DNA of 17,016 bases from Candidatus Vampirococcus lugosii (GCF_018420025.1 NZ_JAEDAM010000018.1:1-17016), one strand, 5' to 3'; positions 1 through 9,638 are shown, counted from the stretch's first letter. The notes: generated by a model not told the origin, from the sequence alone. A program made the numbers and translations.

Positions 1-19
1 TATATTTTAAAAAATTTGT

Positions 20-874
20 ATGAGAAAATTGTTGTTATTACTAGTACTTTGACTTATTCCGGTTTTTTCAGGTTGTGTAGAAGATATTCAAGATAATGAG
101 AATGATGAGAGTATTGAAGATATTATGGATGCTTATGAAGAATGACAAGATGAAGTAAGTACTGAAGAAGAATGACAAGATGAAGTAAGTACTGAAGAAG
201 AATGACAAGATGAAGTAAGTACTGAAGAAGAATGACAAGATGAAGTAAGTACTGAAGAAGAATGACAAGATGAAGTAAGTACTGAAGAAGAATGACAAAA
301 TGAAGTAAGTACTGAAGAAGAATGACAAGATGAAGTAAGTACTGAAGAGGAAAGACAAGATGAAGTAAGTACTGAAGAGGAATGACAGAATAATGATAAT
401 TCTGTTGTTAAAGAATGAAATACAGTAAGAGTAAATTATATTTGATCTTATACTGATACTGGAGAAGTTTTTGATACTAGTTTTGAAGATATTGCTAAAG
501 AAAATGATATGTATAATGAAGCTAGAACATATGGACCAATGGAATTTAAAGTATGAGCTGGTCAGATGATACCTTGATTTGATAGTGCAGTGGTTGGTAT
601 GGAATTAAATGAAACAAAAGAAATATCATTAACTCCAGATCAAGCTTATGGTGAATATGATGAATCTTTGATTGACAGTATTCCTAAAGCAGAATTTGAA
701 AATGCTGGTATAGAACCTGTAGAAGGTGAGACATTAAATTTTTGACCTAATATGCCACCATGATTAATAGTAGAAGTTAAGGATGAAGAAGAAATGGTAG
801 TTGTTGATTTTAATCATTTTCTTGCAGGTAAAAATTTAGATTTTGAAATAACTGTTGAAGGAATAGCTAATTAA
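20..874 (+). CDS. Exported lipoprotein FKBP-type peptidyl-prolyl cis-trans isomerase (SlyD-like, with IF insert), carrying an N-terminal acidic tandem-repeat linker (284 aa, code 25)
   Basis: The ORF is open from ATG 20 to TAA 872-874 when TGA=Gly, and an in-frame TAA at 8-10 lies upstream. The N-terminus MRKLLLLLVLGLIPVFSGC is a signal peptide plus lipobox. The C-terminal half reads VRVNYIGSYTDTGEVFDTS...GPMEFKVGAGQMIPGFDSAVVGM...VVVDFNHFLAGKNLDFEITVEGI. This matches the SlyD/FKBP signature (E. coli SlyD VVVDGNHMLAGQNLKFNVEVVAI). Confidence 0.85.
137..387 (+). repeat. 30-bp tandem repeat, about 8.4 copies (unit GAAGAATGACAAGATGAAGTAAGTACTGAA), coding for EEGQDEVSTE repeats inside the FKBP lipoprotein
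   Basis: Units run 137-166, 167-196 and so on at a period of 30. Units 1-5 and 7 are identical. Unit 6 has A at 299 (D to N). Unit 8 has GAGGAAAGA (G to R), and unit 9 is partial. Each intact unit contains one in-frame TGA. Confidence 0.95.
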
Positions 875-895
875 TTGTGCTATAAATACAAAAAT

Positions 896-925
896 GATTC
901 CTATATTTTATTAGGAATCTTTTTT
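896..925 (+). terminator. Rho-independent terminator candidate downstream of the FKBP gene
   Basis: An 8-bp stem GATTCCTA (896-903) pairs with TAGGAATC (912-919) around an 8-nt loop. A T6 run follows at 920-925, 22 nt after the stop codon. Confidence 0.6.
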
Positions 926-1090
926 ATTATTTAAATTAAAACAAAATATTTATAGTTTCTTATTTGTAGAAATTTATTTTGTTATAAATATTTTAATATT
1001 GTTGGCACAAAATAAACAACATTGTATTGAAAAAAGAAATATTATTAATATAATGATATTAATTATTTTATTTTTAATACATAAAATATT

Positions 1091-1663
1091 ATGATACTCT
1101 CGGATTTTGATATAAAAAAATTATTGGAAAAATGAGATTTAATAATAGAAAGTGATTATAATGTTGAAGAACAAATATGACCTGCAAGTATAGATTTTAG
1201 ATTGTGAAATACTATTAAATATTATGATAGAACTCAATTATCTATAGTTGATCTTAAAAAAAATATACCAGTTGAAGCTATAAGAACTTTTTTTGTTCAA
1301 GATTGAGAATCTTTTATAATACATCCATGACAATTTATTTTATGAGTTACTAAAGAAAAAATATCAATTCCTGATTATTTAGTTGCAAGATGTGAATGAA
1401 GAAGTTCTTTATGAAGATTAGGTTTAATGATTCATAGCACTGCTTGATTTATTGATCCTTGATTTCAATGAACTATTACTTTGGAAATTAAAAATATAAG
1501 TGAAATACCTATCAAACTTTATCCTTGAATGAAAGTTGGTCAATTTGCTTTTGAAGTTCTAAAAACTAAAGCAGAAATTCCTTATTGACAAAGAAAATCT
1601 AGTAAATATATGAATCAAGATCAAGTACAAACAAGTATTTTTTCTATTGAAACTGATTTTTAA
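1091..1663 (+). CDS. dcd: dCTP deaminase (190 aa)
   Basis: The translation MILSDFDIKKLLEKGDLII...QIGPASIDFRLGN...HPGQFILGVT...[32 protein letters not shown] aligns along its length with E. coli Dcd (VDVRLGN, HPGE, DGRSSLARLGLMVH, IDPGW). About 13 in-frame TGA codons are present, several at invariant Gly positions. Confidence 0.93.
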
Positions 1664-1679
1664 TCAATTAAATAAATTT

Positions 1680-2102
1680 ATGAAAGTAAATATTAAAACA
1701 GTAAATTCCCAAGTTTTGGAATATAAAACTAAATGAGCAGTTTGATTTGATTTTTATTCTAGTGAAGATATTTCTTTTGAAGCTAAAGAATTTAAATTAA
1801 TAGAAACTTGAACAGTTATTCAAACTCCAAAATGATATATGTTGCAATTACAACCTAGAAGTTCTACTTTTAAAAAATTTGGTCTTATGCAAGTAAATTC
1901 TGTGTGAATTATAGATCAAGATTATTGTTGAGATGAGGATACTATTAAATTTCCATATATAAATATTACAGAAAAAAAACAATTTGTTCCAAAATGAACT
2001 AGAATATGACAGTGAGTATTTGTAAAAATAGAAAAGGCAGAATTTGTAATTGTAGATAAAATGAATTGAGAAAATAGAGGTTGATTTGGTAGTACAGGGT
2101 AA
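1680..2102 (+). CDS. dut: dUTP diphosphatase (trimeric dUTPase, 140 aa)
   Basis: All five dUTPase motifs are present: GAVGFDF, PRSS, GIIDQDYCGD, RIGQ, and the C-terminal RGGFGSTG followed by stop. The gene starts 17 nt after the dcd stop. Confidence 0.92.
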
Positions 2103-2127
2103 AATTTATTATTAATTTTTTTTGTAA

Positions 2128-2685
2128 ATGTTGCATTATATTATATGAAAAGTTTTTTCTATTGGTAATAAACAAATTATTTATAATGATTTTTTTTGAA
2201 TACAAGCAAATTATCATTGAGATAAAACTGAATGAAATTTTTTTGTAAATCCTATAATAGATTCAAATACTGGTAATATTACATATTTTGCTTTTGATGA
2301 AATAGAGCAAAAAGATTTTTTTGAAACTGTTATTAAAATTTCTTGAATATGAGCAAAAACTGCTTATTTTTTGTCTATGCTTGACAAAAAAGATGTAAAT
2401 AAAGCTATACAAGATTTTGACATAAAATATTTTCAAAAATTGCCTTGAATTGGTCCAAAAACAGCAAAAAGATTAGTTTTGGAATTAAAAAATAAAATCA
2501 AAAAATCTGATATAGCAAAACTTAATATTGATAATGATTTTTTGAATGATATAATAAAGACATTAAAACCTTATTGATTTGATTCAAATAATATAAAAAA
2601 ATTATTGGAAAAATGTGATATTGTTTTGGAAAAACAAAATATGGAAAAAATAATAAAATGGATATTTGAAAATTACAATAATTAG
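2128..2685 (+). CDS. ruvA: Holliday junction DNA helicase subunit RuvA (185 aa, compact)
   Basis: The N-terminus is MLHYIIGKV. It is followed by ISGIGAKTAYFLSML and KLPGIGPKTAKRLVLELKNK, the two helix-hairpin-helix motifs characteristic of RuvA domain II. The ATG at 2128 directly follows an in-frame TAA. The gene also contains a TGG Trp codon. Confidence 0.85.
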
Positions 2686-2713
2686 TTATAATTTATAATT
2701 TACAAACAAATTT

Positions 2714-5164
2714 ATGTTTAATTCTTGAATTTTATGAATCAATTCTAGAAATTTACAATATATTAAAAAATTTAATCCAAAAAAAGTAACTCGTTTAGCA
2801 GATAATAAACAAAAAACGAAAAATTTTTTGAAGGAAAGATGAATACCAGTTCCTCAAACTTATTGAATAATTTCTAATCGTAGTCAGTTATATGATTTTG
2901 ATTTTGCTAAAATGCCTTCCAAAAATTTTGTTGTAAAACCTAATAAATGAAGTAAATGAAAATGAATTTATATTGTGAAATATATAGATGAATTAAAAAA
3001 TCAACTAAAAAATTCTTGAGAAAATATAGTAAGTAAAAAAAATAATTTTTTAAAATCATTTTTGTGATTTGATTTAAAAAGTAAATTTGATTATCATTAT
3101 AAAACATGATGAGAAATAATTAGTGATGATGTTTTAAGAAGATATTTAGTAGATATTTTGGATGGTAGATATTCTATAACTTTTGGACAAGATAAAATTT
3201 TGGTTGAAGAAAAATTAAATCCTTGAATAAATTTTAGAAAATATTGTAGACATTGATTGGCAGATATTAGAGTGATAGTTTTTAATCTAATTCCAGTTGC
3301 AGCAATGATTAGAGTTCCTACAGCAGAATCAGGTGGTAAAGCAAATATTGCTCAATGATGAGTAGGTTTGTGAGTAGAAGTTTGATCTTGAAAAGTTAAA
3401 TCAATGTATTTCAAAAAAGAAATTTTTACTAAATCTTTTCCATGAGAATATGCAGATATATATAATAAAAAAGTTCCTTTTTGGAATGATATACTTATGT
3501 ATAGTTCAGAAATTCAGTATTTTGTAAATCTTTGATATCTTGCTTTGGATTGGGTAGTTACTGATGATGGTCCTAAATTGTTGGAAATAAATGCAAGAGC
3601 ATGACTTGAAGTACAGAGTGCAAGTGTTTTAAAACTTAGAAATAGGTTGGAAAAAATTTCTGATATACATGTAAATGATCCTCAAAAATGAGTAGAAATT
3701 TCCAAAAGTATTTTTAATTCTTCCAAAAATAACTTGATTAATATGTCCAAAATATTATATCTTTCTCAAAAATGAAATTTAATTTTTGAATGAATACAAG
3801 ATAATTTTGTTAAAATTACTATTATGGTTGATATTAAAAAAGAAAAAAATTATATTTCAAAAAAGCTTTATAATAAAATTGATTCTTATAAATCATGAGA
3901 TGTAATTTTGGATATACCTGAAAATGAAATTAGATTAAAAAATTTGATATTTGAAGTAAATGATAAAATGGAAGAAAATGAAATTATTCTATGACAAGGT
4001 TCTATAAGTGAATTCTATATTAAACCTATACACAAAATAGAAACTGATATAAATATTGTAAGTTCTAGTAATATTGATGATGAAGAAATAGAAACTTTGC
4101 ACATTATAGATCAAAATATAGCAAAAATTTCAAGAAAATTAAATTTTACTAAAATATTAACTCCTACAAATTATTTAGATGAATTAGATAATTTTGTTAC
4201 TTGGAATTGAAATTATAACCCTAAATTTTCTTATAATTTTTTGGATGAAAATACTATTAATTCTTTGGAAACTGAATTATTATGAATGAAAGATAAGTAT
4301 TTTTCTAATAATTTCGGTCTCAAAAGTAATTTTTCTGAATTATTTAATGAAAAAATAGATGAATTACTTGATAGATTATATTTAATAAAAGCATATAAAT
4401 TACAGAAATATTGATATATTTTGGAATATAATGAAAAATTATTTGGTAATTTTGATAAAAAATTAGTTGAACAATCAAAAGAAAAAATATTTATGGAACC
4501 TGTACAAGATATGAATCTTTTATGAGAAAAATTAACTTTTTCTCAAGTTAAAAAAATTATTAAAAAATATCTTTATGATAAAGGTATTTCTTGAGTAAAA
4601 ATAAATACAAGTATGTGACTTAGTAGAATGGCAGTTATTAAATGAAAATATCCAGAAATAAGAATATCTTCTTATTCTTCTTTTAGAGAAAAAGAATTAT
4701 TGGCTACTTTGGCTCATGAAATTGATGTTCATTTAATTAGATTTTTAAATTGAAAAAAAACAGGTTGGGAAATATTAAAATCTTGAACATGATATTATAT
4801 AAAAGATGAAGAATGATTTGCAGTATATAATAGTTTTAATTATTTGCCAGAATGATATGAAAAAAAAGCTATATATCAAAAATATTATTTATCTTTTATA
4901 TCTTGATATTATTGATTTTCTAGATTAGTTGATATTATAAGATGAATTCAGTATAGAAGTTTGGAATGAGCTTTCAAAACTGCTTTAAGGTTAAAAAAAT
5001 GAATTCAAAATACTTGATTTGTTGATAGATGAGCTGTATATACAAAAGATAAAATATATTTAGATTGATATATGAAAGTGGATGAGCGAATAAAAAATTG
5101 ATGAAATTTTGATGAATTTAAATTTTGAAAAATTAAAATTGAAGATATTGATAAAGTTTTGTAA
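2714..5164 (+). CDS. Fusion protein (816 aa): N-terminal RimK-related ATP-grasp alpha-L-glutamate-ligase-like domain, unassigned middle region, C-terminal DUF1704 / MATCAP-like (tyrosine/phenylalanine carboxypeptidase, QEGLA family) metallopeptidase domain
   Basis: The ORF was verified open codon by codon. The N-terminus GILGINSRNLQYIKKFNPKKVTRLADNKQKTKNFLKERGIPVPQTY...FVVKPNKGSKGKGI...LADIRVIVFN...SGGKANIAQGGVGLGV...LALDWVVTDDGPKLLEINARAGLEVQ matches the TIGR02291-type ATP-grasp family (LGMNxRN start, KPxxGSxGxGI, ExN). The C-terminus ILTPTNYLDELDNF...LAHEIDVHLIRFLNG...KDEEGFAVYN...YTKDKIYLDGY carries an HExxxH motif plus the EG(L/F)A glutamate typical of DUF1704. Confidence 0.8.
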
Positions 5165-5237
5165 AATATAATTCTTTTTAATCTTTTATGTTGTATTTGT
5201 GTATAGAAATTAAATTTAAATTAATAATTAAATTATT

Positions 5238-6089
5238 ATGAATTTGTGATTAAAATATATTTTTTATTTAGTGATTTTTATGTTTTTAACATATAATTTT
5301 TGATATACTTATCAACCAGATTTGGAACGGGAATTGAAAGTAAGAAATAGTGTTGATATTATCAAAAATAATATAATAAATAAAGATTTATCAAAATTAA
5401 ATGAAATAAGAGAAAAAATTGATATAATTTCTGAAAAATTTAGTGATAATAATAAAATTACTTATTTAATAATGACACGAATACAAGTTATACAAAGTGA
5501 AATAGAAAATAGAGAATATAATAATAAATTTTTATGATATGAATTTAAAAAATCATTTATTGAAACACATGGACAAGAAATATTAACTGCCTGATATATA
5601 CCACAATTATGTTTGGAAAATTATGATATAGTAGATAAAGTTGCTAAAGAAAGAGATTTTCCTACCGCTTTAATTATTTCTATTTGGTATAGAGAAAGCT
5701 CATGTCGTAAAGCTAATCCAGCAAATTGATTTTGACCTTTTCAAATAACATCTCATTATCATAAACCTTGAGAGATAAGTTCTGATGAATTTATAACAAA
5801 AATTCATGAATTTATAGATTTTGCTGAACATAAAATGAATCATTTTTCAAATAATCCTAAATTAAAAGATATATATTGACATGAAGTATTACAAGTTAAT
5901 TATAATAATTTTGATATGAGAAGTATTAAATTATTGTCAGTATTATATAGTGGGCTTGTAACTTGAAATAGTCCTACTACATCTTATTATGCAAATGCAA
6001 ATTTAAATTCTAATTTTGAATCTACTAGAGATTGAGTTATTACATTGTTTATAAAAATATTGGAATGGGAATTACAAAATAAAATTTAA
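5238..6089 (+). CDS. Membrane-anchored lytic-transglycosylase-like (lysozyme-superfamily) protein (283 aa)
   Basis: The N-terminal hydrophobic anchor is LKYIFYLVIFMFLTY. The core ALIISIWYRESSCRKANPANGFGPFQITSHY resembles the SLT signature (catalytic E-S followed by G-x-x-Q-I). ORF-track entry 5322..5537 is an internal fragment of this gene. Confidence 0.5.
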
Positions 6090-6177
6090 TTTTTTGTAAA
6101 AATATTATTGTATTTTTTGTATAATTAAATATACTATATGATATATTGAGTTTGTATTTAAAAAATAATGAAATTAA

Positions 6178-6996
6178 ATGAGTATAGAAAATATATGATG
6201 AAATAAAAAAATAGAAAGTAATTTGTTATATAATAATATGTATGTATGAATGTTAAGAAATTTGTTGGAGGAAATATTTGAAAATAATAAAATAAATAAA
6301 AACGAATGAATAAAAGATTTTCAGCAGAAGTTAAATAATAAATTAAGTTTAAAATGATATAAAAATATATCAGTAGATTGAAAATTTTGATGACAAAGTT
6401 TGGAAGCTGTAAGAATTTATCATAATAAATATATGTGATGAGAAAAATTAATTGATGAAAGACAAGTAAGTATTAGTATAATAAGACAAGTTTTTTATGA
6501 TTTAATTAATATTTCAAATGATGATGAAGAAATAACGGAAATATCAAGTAAAAAATTAAATAAAAAAATAGAAACTAATTTATGATATAATAGTGAAACT
6601 GTAAGAATAAATAGAGATAGAATAGAATCTTATATAGATAAATATATACCAAATAAATGAATAAAAGAATGAGTAAAATATTTTCAATCTAAAATGAACG
6701 AATATTTATGACAGATGGGGTATATAAAAATACTAGAAGATTGAAAATTTTGATGACAAAGTTTGGAAGCTATGAAAATATATTATAATAAATATATATG
6801 AGAAAATGATATAAGTATAAAAAACATAAATAATAATACTTTTTATAGAGTATTTGAAAGCTTGGAAGATAGTTTAGTTTTGGAGAGACAAAGAATTAAA
6901 GAAAAACAAGAATTAGTAATAAAAACTAAAGAAAAAAAAACGGGAAATTTGGGAAGAGATGTATGAGATGATTTTATTTCATCAAGAGATAATTAA
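6178..6996 (+). CDS. Protein with two peptidoglycan-binding (PG_binding_1-like) domains (272 aa)
   Basis: Two copies of the motif D-G-K-F-G-G-Q-S-L-E-A-(V/M)-(R/K)-I-Y are present (VDGKFGGQSLEAVRIYHNKY and EDGKFGGQSLEAMKIYYNKY). This corresponds to the DGxFGxxTxxAVxxFQ consensus of PG-binding domain 1. An in-frame TAA lies immediately upstream of the ATG. No obvious signal peptide is present. Confidence 0.6.
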
Positions 6997-7030
6997 GTAT
7001 TTATTAATTTAATTCTAATTTAATATACAA

Positions 7031-7222
7031 ATGTATAAATATATTTTAATTATTCTATTTATTATAATATTTAGTATTACAGTTTTGTATTTAATTTTTA
7101 GTTTTCAAAATAATTCTTGAAATAATTGAAAATTAGATTCTCAAGAATGATGAACATCATCACATAATATTGAACAAAATATTCCAGATAATATAACTTG
7201 ATCTAGAAAAGTTTCATGGTAA
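7031..7222 (+). CDS. Small single-pass membrane protein (63 aa), hypothetical
   Basis: The product is MYKYILIILFIIIFSITVLYLIFSF followed by a polar tail. It is co-directional with the preceding genes and is the last gene before a clear terminator. The short length limits confidence. Confidence 0.4.
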
Positions 7223-7284
7223 TTTTTAATTTAATATATTATTATATCTTTTTTAAAATTATTATTTTTTTGTTAGAATTATAA

Positions 7285-7311
7285 ATTCGTGTATTACACG
7301 AATATTTTTTT
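7285..7311 (+). terminator. Rho-independent terminator ending the dcd-to-small-membrane-protein gene string
   Basis: ATTCGTG (7285-7291) pairs with CACGAAT (7297-7303) around the loop TATTA. A T7 run follows at 7305-7311. This is one of the few GC-containing hairpins in the window. Confidence 0.7.
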
Positions 7312-7414
7312 GTTTTCTCATAAGTTTATAAAAATGAGATTATAAATAATATTATCAGTTTTAATTAGTAATAAATCTAATTAAAATATTATATCATTTT
7401 TTTATTAAATTGTA

Positions 7415-7453
7415 ATATACTAATTTGATTTTAAATCAAAAATATACTAATTT
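7415..7453. promoter_or_regulatory. Candidate operator: 12-bp direct repeat ATATACTAATTT x2 flanking the palindrome GATTT-T-AAATC
   Basis: The direct repeats lie at 7415-7426 and 7442-7453, and the palindrome at 7427-7437. The element sits in the roughly 300-bp intergenic region about 70 bp upstream of the TPR/ftsX start. The AT-rich background makes chance occurrence possible. Confidence 0.25.
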
Positions 7454-7519
7454 ATTTGCAAAAAATAATTTTATATTTATTATTATATTAACTTAATTTA
7501 AATAATAATTATTAAAAAA

Positions 7520-8122
7520 ATGTCTTATATAGAGTCTTCTTTTTTTGATGAGATACAGGATTTAAAAGCAAATTGAGAATATAATTTAGCACTAAAAAAA
7601 GTAAATTGAATTTTATGTGTTGATCCAGACAATAAAGATGCATTACTTGAAGTTGCTGATATTTTATATCTAAAATGAGATATTGAATCTGCATCCAAAC
7701 CAATTGATTATATACTTGTGAAAAAAAATACTGATCCTATGTGATTATATGTAAAATGAGTATTTGAAATGGAAAAAACAAATTGGTCTGTTGCAAAAAA
7801 ATATTTACAAGAAGCATTAATAAATTCGGAAGATGAAAATCCTGAAATTTTAAGATGTTATGGTTTATGTGAATATTGGAGATGAAATAAACAAAAATGA
7901 ATAGATTTTTTGGAATCTTCATTTAAATCATCAAGTTGACTTGATGCAGAAGTGATTTATAATTTAGTAGAAATATATTTATTGGAACATGAATATAATA
8001 ATGTAAATTATTATATACAATATTATAAAAATTATCGTAATAATTTGAATTCTTTTGAAAAAGATCTTAGTTTTTATGACGAAAAAATTGATTTATTTTT
8101 TGAATATTTAAGTGTAATTTAA
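7520..8122 (+). CDS. TPR-repeat protein (200 aa)
   Basis: The sequence is helical-repeat in character with TPR-like periodicity (GEYNLALKKVNGILCVDPDNKDALLEVADILYLKGDIESA; NWSVAKKYLQEALINSEDENPEILRCYGLCEYWRGNKQKG). The first ATG follows an in-frame TAA at 7499-7501. Confidence 0.6.
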
Positions 8123-8147
8123 ATATATAATAATAAAAATTTAAAAA

Positions 8148-9065
8148 ATGATAACTAAAAATTTCCTTTATTTAATTAAGGCATCTTTTTTTCAATTTAT
8201 ATGAATAGCTATTCTTATTAGTTTTTTACTGTTTTTCTTAAATACACTTTTTGCAACATCTTTTGGAATTGAAAATTTTGGTTCTGATGTGAAAAATAAA
8301 TTATGAGTTTATTTTTATATTCAAGATATTGATGAAAATAGTGATTATATTTCCTCAAAAATAGTTAATTTAAGTTCAGAACTTGAATCTGGTTGACTTA
8401 ATGTTGAATATTATTCAAAATCTGATGCATTAGGTTTAATTGAAAATAAAATACCAGAAATAATAGCTACTTTTGAAACTTATTGAATAGAGAATCCATT
8501 ACCTCCTACATTGTATGTACTTTTTGAAAATAATGAAGAATATGAATTTATGAAAAATACGGTTGCATCTTATGAAGAAATAATAATAAATATAGAAGAT
8601 GTTATTCAATGACAAAGTTTTGATGATCAAAAAGAAAGAATAGCAAATATTATTAATCTTACCAATTTCATTGTGATTTTTTCATATTTTTTAATATCAG
8701 TGCTTTTGATAATTATTATTACTTTTTTAATGTATGTTATTAAATCAAGTTTTTATACATTTTATAATCAAATTGAAGTAGCCAAACTTCTATGAGCCCA
8801 ATATTTTCAAATAAAATTTCCTTTTTTTATTAAAATGTTTTTTATTTTATTGTTTTGAAAAGTATTTATGATGTGATATATGTATTTTTTGGCAAATTAT
8901 TTGGATACATATTTGTATAATTTATTTACATTTTCTTTTATTGAATATATAAGTGCATATTATGAAGACATTATATATATAATATCTATACAATTTGTTA
9001 TAGTTTTGTTCTTTAGTATTTTGATTTCCAATTTTTTCTTAAATAGATTGATAAAGAAAATTTAA
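8148..9065 (+). CDS. ftsX: Cell-division permease-like protein FtsX (305 aa)
   Basis: The protein has an N-terminal TM segment (FIGIAILISFLLFFLNTLF). Its extracytoplasmic domain contains LGVYFYIQD...VEYYSKSDALGLIENK...ENPLPPTLYV, the FtsX NPLP motif. Three C-terminal TM segments follow. ORF-track entry 8880..9065 is its C-terminal fragment. Confidence 0.8.
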
Positions 9066-9616
9066 TTTGTATTCGCTTTTATCATATAATTTGCTTTAAT
9101 AATTTTTTCTTTTGAAAAGTTATTAATTTCTATTTTTGTACCAATATTATTTAATATAAAATTTATTGAATAATTTTTAATATCAATATCCATAGTAAAA
9201 TTTTCATCATAATTCATTTTTTCTTTTTCTCAAATATCTTCTATAAAAAAATATTCATATTTATCATTTTCCAAATTGTATTTCCAACATTTTTTTCTTT
9301 GTCATATAAAAATAAATATTTCTTTTGGTAATAATCATTTATTAAAAAATATTTTATATAAATCTATTTTGGAGATAGTAAAAAAATCTATTTCATAATT
9401 TTGCAATAAATTAATTGTATTTAATGATAATGAACAAGTTCTTAATCCGGTAAAAGATCAAGGTCAATTTATGATAAAACATTTTTTTATTTTTTTCTCT
9501 TTAAATACTTTTACAATTTCTTTTGTGAAAGTTCTTTCAATATCTTTATTTTCCAAATATATTTTTTTTTCTTCATTTTTGATATATATTTTACTATTTG
9601 ATATATTTATTAACAT
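9062..9616 (-). CDS. tsaB: tRNA N6-threonylcarbamoyladenosine (t6A) biosynthesis protein TsaB (YeaZ-like, short form, 184 aa)
   Basis: The minus-strand translation contains CFIINGPGSFTGLRTCSLSLNTINLL, the GPGSFTGLR signature of TsaB/YeaZ. Both glycines of GPG are TGA codons. Its stop codon overlaps the ftsX stop in a convergent 4-nt overlap. Confidence 0.75.
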
Positions 9617-9638
9617 ACTTATATTTTATTATGATAAA

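Noticed and set aside
68-358. 96-aa minus-strand ORF (MSFLFSTYFILSFFFSTYF... repeated) from the ORF track
   Set aside because: It is the antisense reading of the 30-bp tandem repeat. The plus strand carries a complete, motif-supported FKBP lipoprotein gene through the same bases, and the minus-strand product is low-complexity repeat only.
137-387. Possible CRISPR array, given regularly spaced ~30-bp repeats
   Set aside because: The units are contiguous with no spacers, lie in frame inside a CDS, and no cas genes are nearby. This is a coding minisatellite.
1999-2217. 72-aa minus-strand ORF from the track. The same applies to 7512..7703-, 7737..7922-, 9471..9695+, 13600..13797+ and 15650..15901+.
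   Set aside because: Each is antisense to a motif-supported gene (dut/ruvA, TPR, tsaB, FecR-like, dus). Each yields low-complexity F/I/L/N-rich sequence typical of antisense reading of AT-rich genes.
2186-2248. ATG at 2186 as the ruvA start
   Set aside because: That frame hits TAA at 2246. The RuvA HhH motifs are in the frame that starts at ATG 2128, which directly follows an in-frame TAA and gives the canonical M-x-x-x-I-x-G-K N-terminus.
5165-5237. Search for terminators or promoters in the short gaps 5165-5237 and 6090-6177
   Set aside because: Only AT-only weak hairpins and ubiquitous TATAAT-like hexamers were found. These are not distinguishable from background at this base composition.
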